From positions 11,236-75,235 of the forward strand of contig VFLE01000055.1 in the NCBI GenBank assembly GCA_009885205.1: DNA of 64,000 nt, in the 5' to 3' direction. The notes beneath the pieces are model-generated. The model was not told the DNA's origin, made no database searches, and worked only from the letters and a program-made list of their open reading frames with translations. The position numbers were made by a program, and so were the translations under genes. Numbering within the stretch: the stretch's first letter is position 1; every line of letters begins with the position of its first letter. This DNA comes from Candidatus Shapirobacteria bacterium. GTDB taxonomy: Bacteria > Patescibacteriota > Microgenomatia > UBA12405. Shown here piece after piece: positions 47,974 to 56,276 of the stretch.

Positions 47974-48047
47974 TTTTTGTATTTTATTTTAATTTAATTT
48001 CGATTTAACTTTCGCCTCGCCGGCGGGGCTATGATCATCGCACATAT

Positions 48048-48305
48048 TTAGTTGTCTTTTTTGGACTTGGAGAACGAATTAAATAGCTTAAAACCATTTT
48101 TGAAACCCATTAAAAAGTCGGAGGCGGAGGAGACGGGACGGGCGATGGAGGAGGAAATTAAATTAGCATCGTCAACTATAGGCGAAACTTGTTTTAACAA
48201 TTTGCGAAGATCTTGGATAAATTTGATTAAATAAACAAAACAAAAAACAATAGCAATAGTAATGATCGATAAACTAACAGCAATGATGGTTGAAGTAACA
48301 TCCAT
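48048..48305 (-). CDS. DUF948/YoxC-like membrane protein
   Basis: N-terminal TM plus coiled segment. Confidence 0.6.
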   Translation of the reverse strand: MDVTSTIIAVSLSIITIAIVFCFVYLIKFIQDLRKLLKQVSPIVDDANLISSSIARPVSSASDFLMGFKNGFKLFNSFSKSKKDN

Positions 48306-48335
48306 ATAAAATAGTTTACACTATATTTTAAATTT

Positions 48336-48926
48336 TTATCTAAGAATTTTTTCTTCAACAGTACTTTTACCAGCCGGAGAAGTGGACTGAACTACAATTT
48401 TGGCTTCAGAGGTAGATAATTCCATTTTTTTGGCAAAATTACCGTCTTGGTCGACGACAACTTGATCTTGATTTATGGTGACAGTTGATTCGATATTGGT
48501 AGTACCTTTGATTTCGACAATTTGACTATATTGAGGCCAATTGACAATTAGTTTTGGGGGGTGGTTAAATTTAACGTATTCAAAGATTAAATATGAGGCA
48601 AATAAAACAATAAGTAAGGCAATAACGACAGTATAGGTAAATTGAGGAGTAAAAGAAAAAAATGATGATTTATTGTTTTTATCACAAATTTTTTTGGCAT
48701 AATCTCGACGAAAAATTGAAATAATTTCGTTGGGGTTTAAACCTAAGAATGTAGCATATTCGCGAAGCATGAGGGAACAATAAGGCTCATCGGGAAAGTC
48801 ATTACTTTTCTCTAACTCAAAAGCCTGGAGATATTTGAATGGGATTTTGGTTTTTTTACTAATTTCATCGAGAGTATATTCGCGATCAAGACGAGTTGTC
48901 TCTAGTAAAAAAGAAGTGCGCTTCAT
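48336..48926 (-). CDS. RodZ-like HTH membrane protein
   Basis: LDEISKKTKI..YLQAFE, YATFLGL, FRRDY, TM; follows ftsK. Confidence 0.75.
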   Translation of the reverse strand: MKRTSFLLETTRLDREYTLDEISKKTKIPFKYLQAFELEKSNDFPDEPYCSLMLREYATFLGLNPNEIISIFRRDYAKKICDKNNKSSFFSFTPQFTYTVVIALLIVLFASYLIFEYVKFNHPPKLIVNWPQYSQIVEIKGTTNIESTVTINQDQVVVDQDGNFAKKMELSTSEAKIVVQSTSPAGKSTVEEKILR

Positions 48927-48999
48927 GTTTATTTGGTATCGCTAAATAAAAATATTTTTTTATTTTTAATTTTTACAACATTTGTTTTCATTTATTTAG

Positions 49000-51102
49000 T
49001 TATTCAGTATCGTTGGGAGTAGCATGAGGGATTAAAATTTCGCGGGCCTTGGCACCATTAACCGGACCGATAATCCCGGCCTTTTCCATTTCATCTAAAA
49101 TACTTGCGGCTCGCGCATAACCAACTCGGAGATGGCGTTGAAAAAAAGAAGCTGAAGCTTTGCCTGAGTTTCGGGTTAATTCGACTGCCTGAGTAAATAA
49201 GGCGTCATGATTTTCACCATCAACAACATTCATATTGGGTGATAGAGCATTTGGACTTTTGACTGGTTGTTTTAATATTTCGTCATTATATTCGCCAACA
49301 CGCTGAGTTTTTAGGAAATCGACAAGTCTGGTTATTTCTTTGTCAGAAACAAAACAACCTTGAACCCGTGATGGTTTGGCCTGTTCGGGGGGGATGTAAA
49401 GCATATCGCCTCGACCCAATAACTTTTCAGCCCCGGGAGTGTCCAAAATTACTCGGGAGTCCATCATCGAGGCCACGGCAAAAGCCATCCGGGCCGGAAT
49501 ATTGGCTTTGATTAAACCGGTAATAATGTTGACTGAGGGACGTTGAGTCGCCAAGACAAGATGAATGCCAGTGGCCCGAGCCATTTGGGCAATCCGACAA
49601 ATATTATCCTCGACTTCGGCGGGGGAAAAAAGCATAATATCGGCCAATTCGTCAATAAAAATTACAATATAAGGCAACGATTGAATACCAGAAATATTAT
49701 TAAAGCCTTCGATATTTTTGGCCCCAACTTGGGTAAATATTTTATAACGACGTTCCATTTCGGCGACGGCCCATTTGAGAGCAGAGACAACTTTTTCTGG
49801 CTCGACAATAACCGGGGTAAGCAAATGAGGAATGCCGTTGTAGGGGGTCAACTCGACTCGTTTGGGGTCAACCATAATTAAACGAAGTTCGTCGGGTGAG
49901 GCGCGAAAAAGAAGAGTGGCAATCCACGAATTGATACAGACTGATTTACCAGAACCAGTTTGACCAGCAATCAGCACGTGAGGCATTTTGGTAATATCGG
50001 CAACCTTGGGAAGTCCGGCGACATCAAGACCCAAGGGGACAAAAATTTTGTTGCGGGCATTTTTCATGACTTCAGACTCAAGAATGCGACGGATGGGAAC
50101 GACTTCAAGGGAATGATTTGGGACTTCGATACCGACTAGGGAACGACCAGGAATGGGGGCTTCGACTCGGATTTGACCACCGGGGGCAGCTAGAGCCATG
50201 GCTAAATCGTTACTAAGTGACACAACCTTGGTTAACTTGGTGCCCAAAGCAACTTCGATGGCGTATTGAGTCACCGAGGGGCTTTCGTTGACATCGGCCA
50301 CCCGAGCCGTAATACCAAATGACTCTAAAGTTTGCTCAATGATACCGGCATTTTTGGTAACATTGCCCCGATCAGCTTTGGTACCAGGAGTATTGTCAAA
50401 AATAGTAATGGGAGGATAGTTCCAAACTTGATTACTAGAAGAACTTAAAACGGGGGAGGCAAAGATAGAATTATTATCTGATTTCATAACCGGAGCAATA
50501 TCTAGAAATTTGGTTTCATCTTTTTTGCTGTAATGGGACTCATCTTTGGCAAAAATTGGTTCATTATTTTTTTGTAATATCTTTTTCTCTTTTGATTTTA
50601 TTGATAGACCAACAGTATATTTTTTGATAGCCAAAAATATATTTTGAAAAAATTTGAAAAGTTGGACAATATTAGTATCAAAAAGAACGACGATACCAAC
50701 AATAAAAGCAAAGAAAAAAATGATAAAGCTGATAATTTCAGAAAATATGGCTAGAGTTTGTTGCCATAAAAATAAACCAACAATCCCCTGTTTAAAAAGG
50801 GCCAAGGAAGCGACAAACATGATGAGAAATCCAAAAAAGATATTGGCTTCTTTCAAAAATATTTTTATTTTGGTAAATAAAAAGGAAATCAATAGCAACA
50901 AAAAAGGAATCATGACCGAGGCAAAACCAAAATAGTCGGATAACATTATGTTAAAGTTTGAGGCAAAATTACCCTGACGTAAAAATGATATGACCGAAAT
51001 TACCGATAAAATTAAGAAAAAGATAAAGAAAATTGATTTGACAGTATCAGGTTTTAGTTTAAGGCTGGGTAATATTTTACTTTTTTTACGTCCTCTGGGC
51101 AT
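49000..51102 (-). CDS. ftsK: DNA translocase FtsK
   Basis: N-terminal TMs, GQTGSGKS, DPKRVEL, LATQRPS, gamma domain GYARA. Confidence 0.96.
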   Translation of the reverse strand: MPRGRKKSKILPSLKLKPDTVKSIFFIFFLILSVISVISFLRQGNFASNFNIMLSDYFGFASVMIPFLLLLISFLFTKIKIFLKEANIFFGFLIMFVASLALFKQGIVGLFLWQQTLAIFSEIISFIIFFFAFIVGIVVLFDTNIVQLFKFFQNIFLAIKKYTVGLSIKSKEKKILQKNNEPIFAKDESHYSKKDETKFLDIAPVMKSDNNSIFASPVLSSSSNQVWNYPPITIFDNTPGTKADRGNVTKNAGIIEQTLESFGITARVADVNESPSVTQYAIEVALGTKLTKVVSLSNDLAMALAAPGGQIRVEAPIPGRSLVGIEVPNHSLEVVPIRRILESEVMKNARNKIFVPLGLDVAGLPKVADITKMPHVLIAGQTGSGKSVCINSWIATLLFRASPDELRLIMVDPKRVELTPYNGIPHLLTPVIVEPEKVVSALKWAVAEMERRYKIFTQVGAKNIEGFNNISGIQSLPYIVIFIDELADIMLFSPAEVEDNICRIAQMARATGIHLVLATQRPSVNIITGLIKANIPARMAFAVASMMDSRVILDTPGAEKLLGRGDMLYIPPEQAKPSRVQGCFVSDKEITRLVDFLKTQRVGEYNDEILKQPVKSPNALSPNMNVVDGENHDALFTQAVELTRNSGKASASFFQRHLRVGYARAASILDEMEKAGIIGPVNGAKAREILIPHATPNDTE

Positions 51103-51134
51103 AAAAATAGTATATAGTAGTCAGTGGTTAGTGG

Positions 51135-52553
51135 CTAGTATGAAAGACCAAACAACCATCGGTGGGAGGAAGGTTTGCCACAGCGGACGCACTTGCCGTT
51201 TTCTTCAGGAGCGTCGAGAGGGAGACAGCGAGTAGTGGCCTTGGTGTCGGTTTTAATTTGGGCCTCACAATCAGCATTTTCACACCAGTGGGCGGAAATA
51301 AAACCACGACTAGTTTCCATTATTTTTTTAAATTCGTCGTAAGTGTCGGCTTTAAAAGTATGGTCTTGGGTAAACTTTTTGTGTTTGTCAAAAAGTTTTT
51401 GCTGAATATCTTTTAATAGCGCATCAACGGTTGTTGATATGTCAGCTATAGGAACAGTAATTTTTTCACTAGTATCACGACGAGAAATAATGACGGTGCC
51501 CGAGGCAACATCACGATCACCAATTTCTATTCGTAGAGGAATTCCTTTTAGTTCCCATTTATTGAATTTGACACCTGCAGTCTCCCCTTCTTTGTCGTCA
51601 AGTTTAATGCGATAACTTTCTAAATTTTTTAGTAGTTCTTTTGATTTTTCTAATGCAGTAGTGTGCCCAGGAATAGGAACAATTACTATTTGGATTGGGG
51701 CTATATTTGGAGGAATAACTAACCCCTTTTCGTCACCATGAGACATAATTAAGCCGCCAATTGAGCGAGTAGAAAATCCCCAAGAGTTTTGCCATGGCAT
51801 ACTCTTTTCTCCTATTTGGTCTTGGACCGTCCAGTCAATCGATTTGGAAAAATTTTGACCAAGATCGTGGCTAGTACAGGCTTGGAGCGACTTGCCATTG
51901 GGCATTAAAGCCTCAAAAGTGTAGGATTTAAAACCACCGGCAAATTTCTCGGAATCACTCTTGGCACCAATAATGCCATAAACACCCATTAATTCATTGT
52001 ATGTTTGCTCATACATTTTGATGGCCCACATAACTTCTTGCATACTTTCTTCGTGGGTCAGGTGTGCACAATGCCCCTCTTGCCACAAAAATTCTGAGGT
52101 ACGTAAAAACAAATAGGTGCGTTTTTCCCAGCGAACGACATTGCACCATTGATTCATACGAACTGGTAAGTCGCGCCACGATCCAAACCATTTTTTGTAC
52201 ATTTCGTACATCATCATTTCTGATGTAGGACGGACGGCTAATTTATCGACCAACTCTTTGCCACCACCAACGGTGACCACGGCGAGCTCTGGAGCAAAAC
52301 CTTCGACATGTTCTTTTTCTTTTTCAAAATAGGACATAGGGATAAATAAAGGAAAATAGGCATTTTCCACATCATGCTTCTTGATCAAAACATCCATGAA
52401 TTTTTGGATATTTTCCCAAAGAGCATAACCATAGGGTCGGATGACCATACAACCTTTGACAGGGGCATAGTCGGCCAGCTCGGCTTTTAACACCACCTCA
52501 TTAAACCATTCGGATAAGTTTGTTTTGAAATCAGGAAGTTGATTTTGAGCCAT
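51135..52553 (-). CDS. proS: Proline--tRNA ligase (archaeal/eukaryotic type)
   Basis: KEHVEGFAPE, RPTSE, FLRTSEFLWQEGH, C-terminal Cys motifs, ends in Y. Confidence 0.95.
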   Translation of the reverse strand: MAQNQLPDFKTNLSEWFNEVVLKAELADYAPVKGCMVIRPYGYALWENIQKFMDVLIKKHDVENAYFPLFIPMSYFEKEKEHVEGFAPELAVVTVGGGKELVDKLAVRPTSEMMMYEMYKKWFGSWRDLPVRMNQWCNVVRWEKRTYLFLRTSEFLWQEGHCAHLTHEESMQEVMWAIKMYEQTYNELMGVYGIIGAKSDSEKFAGGFKSYTFEALMPNGKSLQACTSHDLGQNFSKSIDWTVQDQIGEKSMPWQNSWGFSTRSIGGLIMSHGDEKGLVIPPNIAPIQIVIVPIPGHTTALEKSKELLKNLESYRIKLDDKEGETAGVKFNKWELKGIPLRIEIGDRDVASGTVIISRRDTSEKITVPIADISTTVDALLKDIQQKLFDKHKKFTQDHTFKADTYDEFKKIMETSRGFISAHWCENADCEAQIKTDTKATTRCLPLDAPEENGKCVRCGKPSSHRWLFGLSY

Positions 52554-52574
52554 ACAAAATAATAGCAAATTTAC

Positions 52575-52685
52575 AGGGACGAATGCATCGTGGTACCACC
52601 CTTTTTTAATCTCTTTTGAATTTACAGTTCAGTTCTGGAGCTACTTTCGTAGTCACCTCCACGGCGGGACACCGTTTCATAGGTT
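52575..52685 (-). promoter_or_regulatory. T-box-like riboswitch leader of proS
   Basis: AAGGGTGGTACCACG-ATGCATT-CGTCCCT antiterminator consensus; upstream hairpins include Pro codons; extended -10 at 52692-52700. Confidence 0.75.
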
Positions 52686-52727
52686 TTGAGAATTATATCA
52701 GATTTTTTATCGTGGTATAAATAATAA

Positions 52728-53033
52728 ATGACTAAGACAAAATCATATTTAACTTTACTTGCTTTAAACTTTGTATTTTTGTTTTTATTTTTGAATTTTT
52801 ATTCAGGTACTATTTATGGAAAGAATAATCTTGGTGGTGGTGAGCCTGGTCTGGCGGAATTCAGTGTATTTGTGTGGGGATTGGTGTATTACCCAGTTGG
52901 TATTTTGTTATCAATTAGTTTTTTTAATAATATCGTTAATAAATTTTCAATGGTTAAAATTAAATTTATACATAAGCTCTTGATTTCCTCAATAATTTTA
53001 TCTTTTTGTTGGACTTGGTTTTTATTTAGATAA
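52728..53033 (+). CDS. Small hypothetical membrane protein
   Basis: 3 hydrophobic segments; -10-like box just upstream. Confidence 0.6.
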   Translation: MTKTKSYLTLLALNFVFLFLFLNFYSGTIYGKNNLGGGEPGLAEFSVFVWGLVYYPVGILLSISFFNNIVNKFSMVKIKFIHKLLISSIILSFCWTWFLFR

Positions 53034-53101
53034 TACAAAAAGCCCGCGGTGCACGAAATAAATTTCATACACAACGCGAGCTTGAATCAATAATAACAGA
53101 C

Positions 53102-54871
53102 TTAAACTTCCATCACCAATGGCAAGACCATAGGTTGGCGGCCGGTCTTTTCGAGAATTATTCCTTCAATATGAGCCTGTAATTCTTGTCTAATAAATTC
53201 AAAATTAGCAGGTTTAGAAGTTGCCTCGGTAAATTTGCGATTTATTTCGGCCATTAAAAAGTCCATAAGATCGGCATTTTCTTTTTCAAAAACAAAGCCC
53301 CTCGATAAAATTACTGGAGGTTTGGCTAAGATACCAGTTTCTTTAGTTACCAACAAAACAAAGGAGAACATCCCTTCTTCGGCCAATAATTTGCGATCGC
53401 GCAAAACAGTAGTACCAACATCACCAATTCCCAAACCATCAATTAATACTTTGCGAAGCTGATTGTGCTGTTTGGTATCGACCTTACCATCGGCAAAAAA
53501 AGTGATAATAGCATCGGTATCGGGTGAAATTAATTGTTCGTCTTTGTACCCCATAGTTTTGGCCATGGTGTGGTAACTTTTGACGTGACGGAAATTACCT
53601 CCAATTGGGACTAAATATTTGGGACGGACTAAATCCATCAAAATAGCGTGTTCTTTTTGAAAACCGTGACCAGAGACGTGAATTTCTTGACTGTCACCAT
53701 AAATTACTTCGGCACCCATACGAGCCAGAGTGTCAATCAAATCATAAATATGGGAAGTAGTGCCAGGAATATAATCGGGGGCAGAAAAAATAACTTTGTC
53801 ACCTGATTTTATTTTAATCCTATGTTTTCCCATAACCATTTTACTTAAAGCAGAATTAGGTTGAGCGGAAAAACCAGCAACTAAAAATATTAGCTTATTA
53901 TCGGCAAAATTTTTGGTTCGTTCAACGGGCACTAAATCATCATCAGTTAAGTTAACATAGCCAAGTTCTTTGGCAATGGCAATAGCTTTGTCAACCGAAT
54001 AACCGACGGGGACAATTTTTCGACCAGCGCGTTTGGCATAATCGATGGCTTGACCCCAACGAACGACGTTACTGGAAATTGAAGTCACAAAAACCCGACC
54101 CTTTGATGTAATAATATCGCGGTTGAATTTTTCGGCAATAGAACTCTCGGAAGGTGAAAAACCTTCGTGATCAGCACCAAGACAATCAGACATTAGAGCC
54201 ACAACTTTCTTTTCACCAACGCGGGCGATGTGAGCCAAATCGGAAGGTTTGCCGTCTAAGGGAAATAAATCAAATTTAAAATCAGAACCATGGTAAAAAA
54301 TACCGATGGGAGTGGTAATAGCAAAATGATTGGTGTCAGGAACAGAATGGTTGACCTTAATGGTATCAATAGTAAATGGACCGGCGGTCATAACATCACC
54401 ACTTTCGTAGATTTTCATGTTGCTACGAATTGAGGCTTCGACTAAACGATTATCAATAAAGGCAGCGGCCATTCGAGGGGCAAAAAGTGGGATATTTGGA
54501 CCAAGAACAGGGAGAATAAAACGAAGAGCACCGATATGGTCTTCGTGACCGTGGGTGATAAAAATACCCAAAATTCGGTCTTTTTTGTCTTCCAAATATT
54601 TAGTATCAGGAATTTGGAGATCAACTCCAAACTCGTCTTCTTCGGGGAAACCAACACCGCAGTCGACAATGATTATCTGACTTTTGGCCAGGTCGCCATT
54701 GGGGACATATTCATAGACGAACATGTTTTGGGTAACATCACCAAAGCCACCAAGGGCAATGAGACGAACCGAATCACGGCTACCGCCAAGATTTTGGACA
54801 GGGAGAGTTTTGGAAAAATTAACAGGAGGACGGTTTACCGGACGAGCCGGTGAGAAATTTTTATTTATCAT
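53102..54871 (-). CDS. rnj: Ribonuclease J
   Basis: THGHEDHIG, NHSVPD, HVSGH. Confidence 0.94.
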   Translation of the reverse strand: MINKNFSPARPVNRPPVNFSKTLPVQNLGGSRDSVRLIALGGFGDVTQNMFVYEYVPNGDLAKSQIIIVDCGVGFPEEDEFGVDLQIPDTKYLEDKKDRILGIFITHGHEDHIGALRFILPVLGPNIPLFAPRMAAAFIDNRLVEASIRSNMKIYESGDVMTAGPFTIDTIKVNHSVPDTNHFAITTPIGIFYHGSDFKFDLFPLDGKPSDLAHIARVGEKKVVALMSDCLGADHEGFSPSESSIAEKFNRDIITSKGRVFVTSISSNVVRWGQAIDYAKRAGRKIVPVGYSVDKAIAIAKELGYVNLTDDDLVPVERTKNFADNKLIFLVAGFSAQPNSALSKMVMGKHRIKIKSGDKVIFSAPDYIPGTTSHIYDLIDTLARMGAEVIYGDSQEIHVSGHGFQKEHAILMDLVRPKYLVPIGGNFRHVKSYHTMAKTMGYKDEQLISPDTDAIITFFADGKVDTKQHNQLRKVLIDGLGIGDVGTTVLRDRKLLAEEGMFSFVLLVTKETGILAKPPVILSRGFVFEKENADLMDFLMAEINRKFTEATSKPANFEFIRQELQAHIEGIILEKTGRQPMVLPLVMEV

Positions 54872-54994
54872 AAGTAAAGTATAAGAATGAAGAGAATTGT
54901 TTTAATTAAATAATGGTAACATTTTCGCGACTAACATTTCGTTTCGGAGAATGATTCTGTTCAAGCTGTTGGGATAGTATAACATGAAAATTGT

Positions 54995-56053
54995 TTACCA
55001 CTGTGGCATATATTTTTTGACGTTACTATCGTCAATAACAATTTTGGGTGTGCCGGATAAAATTAGGGCGGCGGTTTTGCGACAGAGGCCTTCGATGTTG
55101 CGCTTTAGAGTACGGACACCGGCGTCAAAACCAAGAGGACGAACAATGTTTGGCCAAATGTCATCGTTAATTATTAATTCGTCCTTAGTTATGGCTGAAT
55201 CTTTTAGTGCCCGGGGTAATAAATATTTTTTACCAATCATCATTTTTTCTTCGTCATTGTAACTAGGCATTTGGATAACTTCGAGACGATCCATAACGGC
55301 AGTAGCGATACGGGCAGTGTTGTTGCAAGTGGCGACAAAAAAAGCTTGGGACAAATTAAAAGGATAATCTAAATAATGATCGGAAAAGCGGTCGTTTTGC
55401 TCGGGGTCGAGTAGCTCGACTAGCACACCCATAATGGTATTGAGGGCATCGTCGGCGACACGGTCGATTTCATCTAAAAGTATGACGGGATTATTGGTTT
55501 TGGCAGTGGCCAGACCACGGATAATGGCGCCGGGTTCGGCTTCGGGGTGGAGACGACTTTGACCACGAAGATAAAGTGGGTCACCTAAACCGCCAAAAGG
55601 AATACGAATAAGTTGGCGACCAAGGACATCGGCAATGGACTTGGCCATGGTAGTTTTGCCAGTACCTACGAGCCCCACAAACAACAAAATTGGAGCCCGA
55701 AAAGGCTCGTCGGGGTGACGAGTTTTTTGCAAAGCCAGAATGGAAACGTATTCTTCGATTCTTTGTTTAACTTCGTCGAGGCCATAATGATTTTCGTCGA
55801 GTTTTTGGCGAGTGTGGGAAATGTCAAGAATGTCGTCACTTTTGGTAAACCAAGGCAATTTAATAACCCAATCGAGATATTTATTGGCTGATTGATAAAA
55901 AGCCCAAAAAGTATCTTCGGATTTTGAGTTTACTTCTAACTGGGCAAATAACTCGTTTAAAGATTCGACCAGACCATCGGGTAATTTGACACTCTTGGAT
56001 TTGGTCCGCAATTTTTCAATGGCACTAACGATGGTCAAATTTTCTTCGGGCAT
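54995..56053 (-). CDS. Lon-like AAA+ ATPase without protease domain
   Basis: LDENHYGL..VK.RI, GLVGTGKT, LLDEID, LLDPEQN..F.DHY, AGVRTL; ends after the AAA lid. Confidence 0.85.
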   Translation of the reverse strand: MPEENLTIVSAIEKLRTKSKSVKLPDGLVESLNELFAQLEVNSKSEDTFWAFYQSANKYLDWVIKLPWFTKSDDILDISHTRQKLDENHYGLDEVKQRIEEYVSILALQKTRHPDEPFRAPILLFVGLVGTGKTTMAKSIADVLGRQLIRIPFGGLGDPLYLRGQSRLHPEAEPGAIIRGLATAKTNNPVILLDEIDRVADDALNTIMGVLVELLDPEQNDRFSDHYLDYPFNLSQAFFVATCNNTARIATAVMDRLEVIQMPSYNDEEKMMIGKKYLLPRALKDSAITKDELIINDDIWPNIVRPLGFDAGVRTLKRNIEGLCRKTAALILSGTPKIVIDDSNVKKYMPQW

Positions 56054-56145
56054 ATAAAAAGTATACACGAAAAAACACTATTATTTATGAGACCAATGTG
56101 TGGTGGAATTCTTGTTTTACTACAACGTGATTTGTCGATTATTGT

Positions 56146-56226
56146 GTAGAGACGCACCATGGTGCGTCTCTACAGGGATGCGAATATGCCTAATATTGGG
56201 GAATAAACGCAGCGAAACAATCATTG
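56146..56226. repeat. GTAG palindrome 10 (core CACCATGGTG, 56146-56173) plus conserved tail
   Basis: Perfect palindrome; tail CGAATATGCCTAATATTGGGGAATAAACGCAGCGAAACAATCATTG. Confidence 0.95.
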
Positions 56227-56232
56227 AATATT

Positions 56233-56260
56233 GTAGGAACATGCCGCGGCATGTTCCTAC
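56233..56260. repeat. GTAG palindrome 11 (GTAGGAACA arms, core TGCCGCGGCA)
   Basis: Perfect 28-bp palindrome. Confidence 0.93.
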
Positions 56261-56276
56261 GTAAAGAAATTACGAA

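Noticed and set aside
53040-53083. Imperfect hairpin between the 52728 ORF and rnj
   Set aside because: Most simply a terminator between convergent genes; no repeat-family similarity.
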